This document shows positions 17,222 through 26,306 of a stretch of DNA of 64,000 bases, piece by piece. Origin of the DNA: a virus (Duplodnaviria; Caudoviricetes); the IMG/VR virus record IMGVR_UViG_3300021399_000099, positions 64,001-128,000 of that record; one strand, written 5' to 3'. Numbering within the stretch: position 1 is the stretch's first letter; each line of letters starts with the position of its first letter. Made by a program: the position numbers and the translations under genes. The notes beneath the pieces were generated by a model. The model saw only the letters and a list, made by a program, of their open reading frames with translations, did no database searches and had not been told where the DNA came from.

Positions 17222-18637
17222 TTAGGCGAGACCGATTTCCTTCGCCTTTTTCTTGACAAATGCCTCGGCCTCGTCAAAGTTGTTTCCAATCACACCGTCC
17301 AGAATTGCTTCCTTCACGGCATCTTTCAGCACAGCGATAGTCTTGGACGGCTTAAGGTGGAATGTCTCCATGATATAGTCGCCAGTAATCGGGTTTTTAA
17401 AGTTCCGGATTGCGTCTTTCTCTTCAACCTCAGCAATATGTTTCTCAATTATGATGAGGTTGTTGTAGATTCTCGTTCGCTTCTCTTCATACTTGGTAGT
17501 CACATCGCACTTTGCCAGAATGAGCAGGTCGTCGATATCGTCTCCGGCATCGAAAAGGAGCCTGCGAATTGCACTATCGGTAACCCCCTCCTCAGCAAGT
17601 GTAGTAGGACGCATATGCATATCGACCAGCTTTCTCACATGTTCCGCCATGTCCATAGGAAGGTGAAGCCTGCGGAATATACCTTCAATCATCTTGGCAC
17701 CTGCAGGGGCGTGACTTTCAAAAGTCCAACCGCGTTTTTCATCGTATTTCTTGGTCACGGCCTTACCGATATCATGGAGAAGGGCGGCCCAACGAAGTGT
17801 CAAGCTGTCAGACATTCCGGCAACATTGTCCAGGACCCTCATAGTGTGGTCAAAAATGTCCTTGTGACCCTTATCTCCGGGCATACGTAGGTTATCTACT
17901 TCCGGCAAAATAAATGGCAATAAACCGGTTTCTTTGAGCAATATGAAACCCTGTGACGGTTTCTTTGAGACCAGTATTTTGTTCAGTTCCTCGGTGATAC
18001 GCTCCCCGGAAAGAGTCTTTATTTCTTCCTTGCACTCTTTTATTGCCTCAAATGTCGGTGTAGCAATGTGGAACTCCTTACCTGGACGAGACAGTTTGCA
18101 ACGGAAGCGGATACAGCGAAGCATACGTAAAGCATCTTCCGTAAATCTGTCTTTCGGCTCGCCAACGCATCTTATAATTCCATCCTGTAAATCGTTTAGA
18201 CCACCAAATAAATCAACCAATTCACCAAAATCTGCATCATTGACACTTATACACATTGCGTTGATGGTAAAATCTCTTCTCTTCAAATCATCTTCGAGCG
18301 TCCCGTCAAACACAAACGGTTTTCTGGACCCCCTCTTATAGACTTCTTTCCTGGCGCCAACGAACTCCACCTTCTGGTCTCCGTATTTCACCATAGCCGT
18401 GCCAAAGTTCTCATACACAGTGAGTTCGCCATTGGTCAATTTTGAAAACTCCTTGGCGGCCTTGATACCGTCACCAACACACAGGAAGTCAATGTCATCG
18501 TTGTCAATGCCGAGAACAAGGTCCCTGACAAATCCACCTACAACATATATCTTGGCTCCGGTAATCTTGGCGGCACTGGAAGCCAGCAGGAAAACCGGGC
18601 ACTTAATCAATTCGTCTTTATAGTTCATTCTTGCCAT
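17222..18637 (-). CDS. cca: CCA tRNA nucleotidyltransferase (class II) with HD domain
   Basis: VGGFVRD, DIDF, DLKRRDFTINA, FTEDALRMLR, ERITEEL, LLHDIGK motifs. Confidence 0.92.
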   Translation of the reverse strand: MARMNYKDELIKCPVFLLASSAAKITGAKIYVVGGFVRDLVLGIDNDDIDFLCVGDGIKAAKEFSKLTNGELTVYENFGTAMVKYGDQKVEFVGARKEVYKRGSRKPFVFDGTLEDDLKRRDFTINAMCISVNDADFGELVDLFGGLNDLQDGIIRCVGEPKDRFTEDALRMLRCIRFRCKLSRPGKEFHIATPTFEAIKECKEEIKTLSGERITEELNKILVSKKPSQGFILLKETGLLPFILPEVDNLRMPGDKGHKDIFDHTMRVLDNVAGMSDSLTLRWAALLHDIGKAVTKKYDEKRGWTFESHAPAGAKMIEGIFRRLHLPMDMAEHVRKLVDMHMRPTTLAEEGVTDSAIRRLLFDAGDDIDDLLILAKCDVTTKYEEKRTRIYNNLIIIEKHIAEVEEKDAIRNFKNPITGDYIMETFHLKPSKTIAVLKDAVKEAILDGVIGNNFDEAEAFVKKKAKEIGLA

Positions 18638-18649
18638 ATTATTCTACAC

Positions 18650-18979
18650 TTAGTCAATTTTTTCATCAATGAACTGTTTCCAAATCTCAGCTTTTTTATA
18701 GTATTTTTTAGATACTTCACCATAACTCTCAGCAGCAGAACCGATTTTCTTCCAATATTTATCTTCAGACAATCTTTTGAAATCATCGCCTTTTTTCATA
18801 CAGTCATTATACATATCTTTTGCTAAAGCTTGAAGTGGAGATTCTTTATTAGCATCAAATCTATCAAGTATTTGTGAGATGAGATATACTTTATCCGCAT
18901 TACTAAAACTTGTAATTTTTTTAATAAGTTCTTCTAAATCAAGAGTTACGGAAACTTTATCAAATACAACTACATCCAT
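18650..18979 (-). CDS. hypothetical protein (AT-rich)
   Basis: ORF tiles the operon. Confidence 0.6.
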   Translation of the reverse strand: MDVVVFDKVSVTLDLEELIKKITSFSNADKVYLISQILDRFDANKESPLQALAKDMYNDCMKKGDDFKRLSEDKYWKKIGSAAESYGEVSKKYYKKAEIWKQFIDEKID

Positions 18980-18982
18980 AAT

Positions 18983-19372
18983 TTAGTCCTCCTCTTCTGG
19001 AATAATAGTTTCAGCGCCGTGGTCGAATCTATCAAACCGGCTCCAAGATTCTTCATCATCATAATAAAACCCGGTTAGTTCATACATTCTTTCAATCTGA
19101 GCCGTTGTGGGCCGCGGGCAACGGTCTTCATAACCAATTGAATGCTCACAACTCCATCTATCAATAGTAGTCGTAAATCTTACCCAACCACGTCTTTCGA
19201 GGGTTTCAGTAAAAGACTGATAAAAACCTCGTTCCTCCCAAGTTTCAAATCCAATAGGGGTAGTTCCATTCATAGGAAACTCATCCCTTAAAAGAAACTC
19301 GGCAGCGTCATCGTGCCTAAATTGTGGCACATAATATACATTCCCATAAGGGTCCATCCAACAATCTCTCAT
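18983..19372 (-). CDS. hypothetical protein
   Basis: WMDPYG...H...LERRGWVR pattern. Confidence 0.65.
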   Translation of the reverse strand: MRDCWMDPYGNVYYVPQFRHDDAAEFLLRDEFPMNGTTPIGFETWEERGFYQSFTETLERRGWVRFTTTIDRWSCEHSIGYEDRCPRPTTAQIERMYELTGFYYDDEESWSRFDRFDHGAETIIPEEED

Positions 19373-19456
19373 AATCCTTTACAAATTAAGCATCTCACAT
19401 AGTTTTGATTTTTGCAAACCGTCACCAGCTTTAATTTCGGCAGCGTTCTCCACCAA

Positions 19457-20050
19457 TCAAATATCATCATGGTCAGCTATCTCTCCATTATAAAGCTTTT
19501 CCCAACTTGGAAGCAGTTCTCGAACCTTTTCAAGTGCCTCTTTTTCTCCGCCGGTATATTCCTGGTACTGAACCAAGTTCCATAAAATCTTGTGTATCAG
19601 TCCCTTGGTTTCATTGTGGATTTTCGCCACCCTACTATTTTTCTCCCACCATTTGTATTCCCTGACAAATATGTCCTCGGCGGTTCCTTCATATGCCCTG
19701 CAAGCACCAAGCCAGTCGCACACCATTTCAACAACGTATTTAAACGGCATCTTGTGGGGAACTCCTCCATCGTTAAGTTTGTCAATCCAATATTCATAGT
19801 GATGTTTGTTAATTCCACGGTGATGCAGCCACGCGTACGAAATGCCGGTTTTCTCCTTCGCAACGAGAATAGGAGAACGTTTTCCGGTCCAATACCTCAC
19901 GCTTTCAAAAAATTCGGTCGGCGAAAACTTTGACATATCATGTACAAGCCCGCGCCAGGTATAACCGAGCCTGGAAGTGTAATAAAACACCCATCTCTTA
20001 TGCGTAAGCACGGTTTTCAAGTGCCCGAAAAACTTTTTGATATAAGTCAT
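19457..20050 (-). CDS. DUF5662-type HD-like protein
   Basis: HKRWV, HDMSKFSPTEF, WLHHRGINKHHYEYW, EMVCDW motifs. Confidence 0.8.
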   Translation of the reverse strand: MTYIKKFFGHLKTVLTHKRWVFYYTSRLGYTWRGLVHDMSKFSPTEFFESVRYWTGKRSPILVAKEKTGISYAWLHHRGINKHHYEYWIDKLNDGGVPHKMPFKYVVEMVCDWLGACRAYEGTAEDIFVREYKWWEKNSRVAKIHNETKGLIHKILWNLVQYQEYTGGEKEALEKVRELLPSWEKLYNGEIADHDDI

Positions 20051-20053
20051 TGC

Positions 20054-20287
20054 CTAGTTTTTAATTTGAAGAATATTGACCGGTTTAGTGAATGTTCCGT
20101 TAGTACAAACAATGCCTTCGGCTTCACCATTTTCAATCAAAGTCATAAGTTTTGATATCGTACAATATGCCTTTCTCATTCCATGCATTGTGTCACACAG
20201 GGTCCTTGCGTCGCCAGGATTCATACCACACGCTTTTTCGACAAGGTCCTTGAGGGTTTCCCAGTTCTGCTTGTAATTTTCTTCCAT
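20054..20287 (-). CDS. hypothetical protein
   Basis: ORF tiles the operon. Confidence 0.55.
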   Translation of the reverse strand: MEENYKQNWETLKDLVEKACGMNPGDARTLCDTMHGMRKAYCTISKLMTLIENGEAEGIVCTNGTFTKPVNILQIKN

Positions 20288-20298
20288 AATCCTAAATC

Positions 20299-20586
20299 TT
20301 ATTTTTCCTTATAATAAAACCAGTTCTTCTTAATTTCGTCTCGTATGGCTTGACGATGCTCCGCCGGAAACATGATACTATAATCGTCAATGAACGGTCT
20401 CCATTTTCCATTATAAAGCCCAAGTTCTGTCATCTTTGGAATAAGGTATGTATCAACGAATTCCATTGCCATCTTATAGTTCGTAATATGTGCCGGAAGT
20501 CTTTCGTCACCATAGTAAAACATCTTGGTTCTCCAGGCCCTTGCAAGTTGAAAACCTTTGTAAATGCAAATCATTTGATAACTCAT
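20299..20586 (-). CDS. hypothetical protein
   Basis: ORF tiles the operon. Confidence 0.6.
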   Translation of the reverse strand: MSYQMICIYKGFQLARAWRTKMFYYGDERLPAHITNYKMAMEFVDTYLIPKMTELGLYNGKWRPFIDDYSIMFPAEHRQAIRDEIKKNWFYYKEK

Positions 20587-20594
20587 AATTTTTT

Positions 20595-20750
20595 TTACTT
20601 TTCTTTTCTATCTATTGCTTTGTTCATCACCCATCTTACCCATTTTGGTTCATCATTTCCCCACAAATCAAGCACAATTGGAAGCCAAGCCCAAGGCAAA
20701 ATGAATAAGACAAAAACAAATTCCCAAAACAACATACTAATTAATTTCAT
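20595..20750 (-). CDS. small membrane protein (MKLISMLFWE...), absent from the ORF track
   Basis: 51-aa hydrophobic ORF directly after promoter 20762. Confidence 0.5.
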   Translation of the reverse strand: MKLISMLFWEFVFVLFILPWAWLPIVLDLWGNDEPKWVRWVMNKAIDRKEK

Positions 20751-20761
20751 ATCTTATCTCT

Positions 20762-20779
20762 ATCAAATATCGTGCCAAA
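20762..20779 (-). promoter_or_regulatory. sigma54-type promoter variant TTTGGCACGATATTTGAT
   Basis: -24 element intact, -12 is TTGA. Confidence 0.6.
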
Positions 20780-20782
20780 CTG

Positions 20783-20822
20783 AAAAAAAAATAAGCGGGG
20801 GATGTTAAAAATATCCTCCGCC
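20783..20822 (-). terminator. intrinsic terminator after the sigma gene
   Basis: GCGG-closed stem followed by a T-run on the minus strand. Confidence 0.65.
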
Positions 20823-20841
20823 ACAAAATATCTGCATAAAC

Positions 20842-21705
20842 TTAGAATGAAAGATGTTCGGCCACAGCAAACTTTTTCATCTTTTCAATGGCCCCGTTCT
20901 TTAACTGTCTAGCCCTTTCACTTGACATTCCCAGTTCCTCTGCAATCTCTGCATTGGTGTATTCCTTGTTGTACCCGATACCGAAAGACATTTTAATGAC
21001 GGTCTGTTCCCTTTCAGTAAGTGAGGATATAAGGGCTCCGCTTACAGCTGAGTTGAAATCATCGTCCATCACCGGGAGATAATCATTATCAACGGCGGTC
21101 TTTTCAGTAAAGTATGGGGTGTTTTCAAAGGCCCTGGCATCTTCATCATCAAAGCAAGTGTTGATGGAAGTTGTGGATATGTCGAGAAGGTCTGTTTTGT
21201 CCTTGATTTTAAGACCATATTCCGCCTCAAGGATAGCGGCAATCTCATCTACGTCCGGGTAGCGGTTGTTATCAGCGTAGAACTTTTCCTTAATCTTGGA
21301 AAGCTTATAAACGGTTTTCGTGTTGTTTGTCTTGCGAATCAGCAAGTTGTCATTGTTCAAGTAGGCATTGATTTCCCTTCTTATATACCAGATTGCATAC
21401 GAAAGAAAACGATTACCCTTGGAGGCGTCAAAGGTGTCAAGGGCCTGCATAAGACCGATATTACCTTCATTGACAAGGTCGAGTACGTTATCGTCATTAC
21501 CATATCTTTTGGCTACGGCATAAACAAAACGTTGATTTGCGGCGATAAGGTGATTCCTGGCATCAATGTCTCCATTCCTCATCTTTTTTATAAGGTCGGC
21601 TTCTTCGGCGGCAGTAAGAACTTTATACTTGTTGATTTCTTTGAGATACACACTGATTGAGTGGTCAGCATTAATAAATCCAGTTTTCTTTTCTTTTAAA
21701 TTCAT
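20842..21705 (-). CDS. phage-encoded RNA polymerase sigma factor, RpoD/SigA family (short Bacteroidota type)
   Basis: YLKEI region 1.2, ANQRFVYAVAKRY, DLVNEGNIGL, RFLSYAIWYIR, region 4 HTH SSERARQL; 287 aa. Confidence 0.92.
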   Translation of the reverse strand: MNLKEKKTGFINADHSISVYLKEINKYKVLTAAEEADLIKKMRNGDIDARNHLIAANQRFVYAVAKRYGNDDNVLDLVNEGNIGLMQALDTFDASKGNRFLSYAIWYIRREINAYLNNDNLLIRKTNNTKTVYKLSKIKEKFYADNNRYPDVDEIAAILEAEYGLKIKDKTDLLDISTTSINTCFDDEDARAFENTPYFTEKTAVDNDYLPVMDDDFNSAVSGALISSLTEREQTVIKMSFGIGYNKEYTNAEIAEELGMSSERARQLKNGAIEKMKKFAVAEHLSF

Positions 21706-21774
21706 ATCTTATATAAGTTTTGTAATATATTCTAATCAAGTCCTGCTATAAAGTCAAGCATTATTGGGAAAGCT

Positions 21775-22113
21775 TTAATCAAGGATAAACATATTTTTTA
21801 AGGAGACACTTTTAATGTCACCATAGCCGTTTTCTTCCTTTGTCTTATATTTTTCCAGCCAAGTTTTCATTTTCTGGGCCCGGTTTAAAGATGTGAATAT
21901 ACCATTAACCTCGGGCTCAGCGTTTTCGTATTCGGTAAAAACCACAAACACACCGGAATTCTGGTTTTTATAGTTCGATTTTTCTGTTCCGCCATCAAGT
22001 TCTATATAATCTTTACTATCTACCCATGCGTTGTGGATACTAAGGTGCTCGTAACCAACCTCAGCTTCCGGGGCCTGTTTAAGGATTTCAATTAATTCTT
22101 TTGCTTTCATCAC
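21775..22113 (-). CDS. hypothetical protein
   Basis: ORF tiles the operon. Confidence 0.6.
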   Translation of the reverse strand: MMKAKELIEILKQAPEAEVGYEHLSIHNAWVDSKDYIELDGGTEKSNYKNQNSGVFVVFTEYENAEPEVNGIFTSLNRAQKMKTWLEKYKTKEENGYGDIKSVSLKNMFILD

Positions 22114-22421
22114 TTGTAGATTTTTACTTGTTCGTTTGCGAGAGCGGTGTTAAGCCTGGCAGAAAGAACGTTAAAAGCCAGTTCAGTTGTTCGAACATCA
22201 ACAATATCTTCTACATTATTTGAATAGTTTGGAGATACATTATCAGGTTCAACCACCTGAGAAAGAATAGAATATTCAATTTTCCTTTTCATTGCTTCAA
22301 GAGGGGAGAAAACATACTGATAGCAAACTACAATCTTGTTCCATGCGGTTACACCAAGATGGAGGAAGTAAAGGCTGCCATTATATTTAATGGTCTTAGG
22401 AAGTGAATCGATATTAATCAT
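22110..22421 (-). CDS. hypothetical protein
   Basis: ORF with ATGA overlap. Confidence 0.6.
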   Translation of the reverse strand: MINIDSLPKTIKYNGSLYFLHLGVTAWNKIVVCYQYVFSPLEAMKRKIEYSILSQVVEPDNVSPNYSNNVEDIVDVRTTELAFNVLSARLNTALANEQVKIYK

Positions 22422-22475
22422 AATTATTCTGGGTATGTGTTATTAACGGTTAAATGCTGATTAAAGTGGTTTTGT

Positions 22476-23054
22476 TTATCTATTCTCTATGGCTTCGGCA
22501 ATACCGTCTTCCATTTTCTTCAACTCATTACTTATCTTCTCTTCAGTGAAGCCAAAGAACGTCATTTCGTAAAGGCAACCGGCGACGATGTCCTCCTTGC
22601 TAAAATTATTCAATGACTCCTGGGTGATGAACATAGAAACCCAATCAGCCCATGGGCAGAACTCCATACCATATCTCACATTGTCATTTTTGGGTTTGGT
22701 ACCGTATATGTCAAGGCATTTACCATCATCCAACGGGTACTGTGTCAATTCAGCAGCAATGAACGAATTGTTGAGGTTATGGCTTTTCTTCGGTGTCAAA
22801 GTGAGAAGCATATTGAACACCGATTCATAGCCGGATTTGTTTCTTTCCTCACCCGGATACCACTTGCAAAGACACTCAAACACCGGTTCAAACTCAACGT
22901 CTTTCAATATGGAAGCAAGAGTAGTGGTTTCAATTTCAGCCACACGAGGACACTTGGCGATATCTGCGAGCGAACATTTAGCCACGTTGCAAATATCATT
23001 GTGCTTCAAGAACTTGCACCACTTACTCTCTATTTTGCAAAACTTTTTTCCCAT
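22476..23054 (-). CDS. DUF6557-like protein
   Basis: EFCPWADW...IVAGCLYEMTFFGF motif. Confidence 0.6.
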   Translation of the reverse strand: MGKKFCKIESKWCKFLKHNDICNVAKCSLADIAKCPRVAEIETTTLASILKDVEFEPVFECLCKWYPGEERNKSGYESVFNMLLTLTPKKSHNLNNSFIAAELTQYPLDDGKCLDIYGTKPKNDNVRYGMEFCPWADWVSMFITQESLNNFSKEDIVAGCLYEMTFFGFTEEKISNELKKMEDGIAEAIENR

Positions 23055-23208
23055 ATTTATTCTTGTGCGAACGGCATCTTGCTTATAACCTCACCTTCGA
23101 GTGTCAGGACCACATACAATTTGTCATAACCCTCGTATTTCCAGTTAATTTTGAGGTTTTCTTTCAAATATTGTTTCAGTTCTTTCTTATCCATATATGT
23201 AATATTGT

Positions 23209-23226
23209 TACAAAAACCGTGCCAAA
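23209..23226 (-). promoter_or_regulatory. sigma54-type promoter TTTGGCACGGTTTTTGTA
   Basis: Abuts the TAG of the upstream gene. Confidence 0.7.
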
Positions 23227-24435
23227 CTACATGTTAAGCCCGTAATATTTGGCACGGCAATAAATGGTAAGGTCATTGACGAAATCCTTATCAACCTCGT
23301 CCGGCAGATTGCTCTTAGGAAGATTTTCATTTACATCAGCAAGAAGTTTCTCCGCATAGTCAATAAGATACTCGTAAGTATAATCACCATTTTTGATACC
23401 CATAAGGAAATCACGGTCATCAGTTCTCCAGAGATTGAAACCCTTACCCTCGGAGATTTCCTTGGCCATAGTGAGAAGACGTATGCAATGGCACATGTTC
23501 TTCTGGTTATAACCAGCCTCAACCGCCTTGGAATAACGCTTCTGGTTACGCTTCTCAACCCACTCCTGATACTCCTTATACTCACGGCAATGGCATGTAT
23601 AGGCGTCCTTGTTATAAGTCATGAAGCAAATAGGAACCTCACCCTTTGGAATCGAGGACAGACGCACCTCATTGGATTTCTCAATATCTTCCGGATAAAC
23701 GATACCGGAATAGTGGAAGAATTCTTTATTGTCAATCCTATATTCAATCTTACGGAGAGTATATTCATAATCACCGCCATGATACCAATTTTTCAGGATA
23801 CTATACCTATCAAGAGCACTATCAATCCCTTCAAACTTAAAGTATGCAGCGAAGTCATAATAAACTCCATACACATCTTTCATATTCGGGATACTAACAA
23901 GGCCACAATATCTCTGGTCAAGATTATGCTCTTTAAGCCATTCCTTAATCGGCTGGCTTCCCTGGTTCTTAAAGGTGTAGCAGAAATCCAGCACGTCCTT
24001 ACGCTCGGTTACCGGATTCACAATCTTCTTCCCGAGACCACGAGCCTTCTTAATCTGGTTGAAAGCGTAACCGGAAAGGGACTTGACAACCTCTTTGGAA
24101 ACGAACTTGTCCCTGTTTTTAAGAACTTCACGAATTACCGGATGAACATCCCCGACAGTAAGTCCGTCTGGCACAAAGAGACTCTCCAGTGCATTCGGGT
24201 TACCTTTACTGAGAAGGGTCATCCACTTGCCGAACTCATGATATGTCTCGTCATGCTTCTCGTCGGAAACCTCCTCCTGGTAGTCTGCACCAAGACCGAT
24301 GAGTGTAGCCAACGGAGCAAAATATACACCGTGATAGTCGATATCGCTGTCTGGACCGTCGAGATTCTGACTATGACTGCCAGCAACATACTTGTAACCA
24401 ATAAGGCCTTTCTCCTCAATATCTTTAATCGTCAT
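23227..24435 (-). CDS. predicted Pol-beta superfamily nucleotidyltransferase (Nuc-transf/YcgL-like)
   Basis: GSHSQNL...SDIDYHGVY, KGNPNALESL, KNMCHCIRLL, LMGIKNG motifs. Confidence 0.85.
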   Translation of the reverse strand: MTIKDIEEKGLIGYKYVAGSHSQNLDGPDSDIDYHGVYFAPLATLIGLGADYQEEVSDEKHDETYHEFGKWMTLLSKGNPNALESLFVPDGLTVGDVHPVIREVLKNRDKFVSKEVVKSLSGYAFNQIKKARGLGKKIVNPVTERKDVLDFCYTFKNQGSQPIKEWLKEHNLDQRYCGLVSIPNMKDVYGVYYDFAAYFKFEGIDSALDRYSILKNWYHGGDYEYTLRKIEYRIDNKEFFHYSGIVYPEDIEKSNEVRLSSIPKGEVPICFMTYNKDAYTCHCREYKEYQEWVEKRNQKRYSKAVEAGYNQKNMCHCIRLLTMAKEISEGKGFNLWRTDDRDFLMGIKNGDYTYEYLIDYAEKLLADVNENLPKSNLPDEVDKDFVNDLTIYCRAKYYGLNM

Positions 24436-24443
24436 AATAAATC

Positions 24444-24809
24444 TTATTTAAATCTAATACCTTGTTTTTCAAGGGCTTCTTTGTTTTTAGCGACAAGGAC
24501 CCAGTTTTTATATATTTCCTGGTACTGACGTTCATGCTCCGGACAACAGGCATTAATTGTTGAACTCTTTTTGACAAAAATCGTTTCGCAACCCGGTATG
24601 CAGCAAATGTGTGATGAACCAATCTGGTCGTCCTCGCATATCTGGTGGGCTCTTACTATATAGGAGGCGTCATTGCGAGGGGATTCAGAGTCTTCAATGT
24701 AGGTTTTAACTCCGCCTACAAAGCAATGAATAATAAATACAAGAGCAATAATCCCCAAGCCAACACCAATACCAATTTTTACAAAAAGATTAACAATCCG
24801 GAAAATCAT
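24444..24809 (-). CDS. membrane-anchored Cys-containing protein
   Basis: N-terminal TM; C-x3-GC...CC. Confidence 0.6.
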   Translation of the reverse strand: MIFRIVNLFVKIGIGVGLGIIALVFIIHCFVGGVKTYIEDSESPRNDASYIVRAHQICEDDQIGSSHICCIPGCETIFVKKSSTINACCPEHERQYQEIYKNWVLVAKNKEALEKQGIRFK

Positions 24810-24844
24810 AATAAAAATAATTTAATGTTTCTGGTATAGTATAT

Positions 24845-24862
24845 TACAAAAACCGTGCCAAA
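24845..24862 (-). promoter_or_regulatory. sigma54-type promoter TTTGGCACGGTTTTTGTA
   Basis: Recurrent motif immediately after the upstream stop. Confidence 0.7.
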
Positions 24863-24863
24863 C

Positions 24864-25541
24864 TTACTTTGCATCCGGATGTTTTGCCTTAAAAGCCTCA
24901 ACTGCAGCATGCACATCTTCACGGTTGTCGTAATAGCCCTCATCTCCAACCAGATAGCAAAGAGCCCCATGCATGAAAGGGAAAAGCTCGGTCTGGAAAA
25001 GCATCGTGTAGGCAAATGAAACCGCCATAGAACCGGAATTTCCACTGTGCCCATCGTTCCACTTATCATAGCCAGCCTTCTTTATCCCATCAACGAATTC
25101 AAAAGCATCCTTACCATCGCCGAAAGTGTCCCACATTTCCAGTTCTTTACCTGGATAAGTGCCCAAAAACCAATATGCAATGTTTTCAGCCTCGTTAATT
25201 ACACTCATCTCATAGTTGTACAGTGGAGAAGGGGCAGAGGGACGTTTTTCCCAAAGAGCCTGGATTTCCGGGTCCCTTTCGTTCTTAAGTTCCCAATTAT
25301 CGCACTCTCTATCCCAGCACGCTTTAAGATATTCATCATCGTTTTCGTAACCAAGTTCCTTGCACCTTGCCTGAAGCCTGGGATTATATACCTCTTCCCA
25401 TTCCCGCATCTTGTCCTCATACCTCACCCGTTCAATTTCCGGCTCTTCCTCAAACGTGTATCCCAGGGCTTTGAACCACAATTTGTTAAACCTTTCAATA
25501 CGCGCCTTTATGGCGTCTTTAATCTCTTCTTTTGTTGTCAT
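24864..25541 (-). CDS. hypothetical protein (GHSGNS motif)
   Basis: 225-aa ORF. Confidence 0.75.
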   Translation of the reverse strand: MTTKEEIKDAIKARIERFNKLWFKALGYTFEEEPEIERVRYEDKMREWEEVYNPRLQARCKELGYENDDEYLKACWDRECDNWELKNERDPEIQALWEKRPSAPSPLYNYEMSVINEAENIAYWFLGTYPGKELEMWDTFGDGKDAFEFVDGIKKAGYDKWNDGHSGNSGSMAVSFAYTMLFQTELFPFMHGALCYLVGDEGYYDNREDVHAAVEAFKAKHPDAK

Positions 25542-25573
25542 ATTTTTAATCTTTAAGTTTTGTTTGTATATTC

Positions 25574-25591
25574 TACAAAAACCGTACCAGA
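25574..25591 (-). promoter_or_regulatory. sigma54-type promoter variant TCTGGTACGGTTTTTGTA
   Basis: GG retained with correct spacing. Confidence 0.6.
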
Positions 25592-25837
25592 TTAGAACAT
25601 TTTGTCTTCATCTGGCAAGTTTTTCCAATAATGATAATCGGTACATTGGTGATAGTATTCCAGTATCTCTTTCTGTTTTTCGGTCGGTTCTAGTGCCTCG
25701 CGTGCCTCTGTGAATTCCTTCCCAAATGACCAATATTCTTCACTTCTTGGGTACAAAAGGTAGTTTCCGGTTTGAAGGTCGCAACCGAATTGAGAAATGA
25801 ATTCTTTTTCCTTTTCTGTCAGTATGCTATTCTTCAT
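25592..25837 (-). CDS. hypothetical protein
   Basis: ORF tiles the operon. Confidence 0.6.
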   Translation of the reverse strand: MKNSILTEKEKEFISQFGCDLQTGNYLLYPRSEEYWSFGKEFTEAREALEPTEKQKEILEYYHQCTDYHYWKNLPDEDKMF

Positions 25838-26306
25838 CTTTTTTTGTCAAGTACTTTTTAGATAGCGTTTTGATTTGTTTCAACATTTTTTCAAGGGCGG
25901 ACATAAACTCTTCTTCGTCAATAACTTGAATCGAGTCAATCATTTTTTCAAACTCTTCTTTTTCGGAAGAAAATATGTCAAATTCATACATATAGCTCCA
26001 GTTCCAATCCGTGGCGTCATAATATCCGGTAAATTCACCCCCGAACCCAAACCCACGGATTCTGCAGTTATAATCAAAGTTTTCATATCTAAACGAGTCA
26101 TCTACCCAATTAACATGTACGTAATGGGTATATCCATCTTCTTCGTACTTTATGAATTGTCCCTTCAGCCCAACTGGTAATGCCTGCTGCCGCTTTAGAT
26201 TGTGTAATTTTTTTCTTAGGTCAATTGCCTTTTCCCAAGCGGCATCATATTCTTTTTCAAGTGCTTCTATTTCAGAAACATCTACTTTCTTTACATACTT
26301 TCCCAT
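25827..26306 (-). CDS. hypothetical protein
   Basis: Start reassigned to MGKYVKK. Confidence 0.65.
   Translation of the reverse strand: MGKYVKKVDVSEIEALEKEYDAAWEKAIDLRKKLHNLKRQQALPVGLKGQFIKYEEDGYTHYVHVNWVDDSFRYENFDYNCRIRGFGFGGEFTGYYDATDWNWSYMYEFDIFSSEKEEFEKMIDSIQVIDEEEFMSALEKMLKQIKTLSKKYLTKKDEE

Noticed and set aside
23488-24528. 346-aa plus-strand ORF and other long antisense ORFs (for example 27933, 29895, 31589, 44334)
   Set aside because: Shadow frames opposite well-supported genes, with no motifs or promoters
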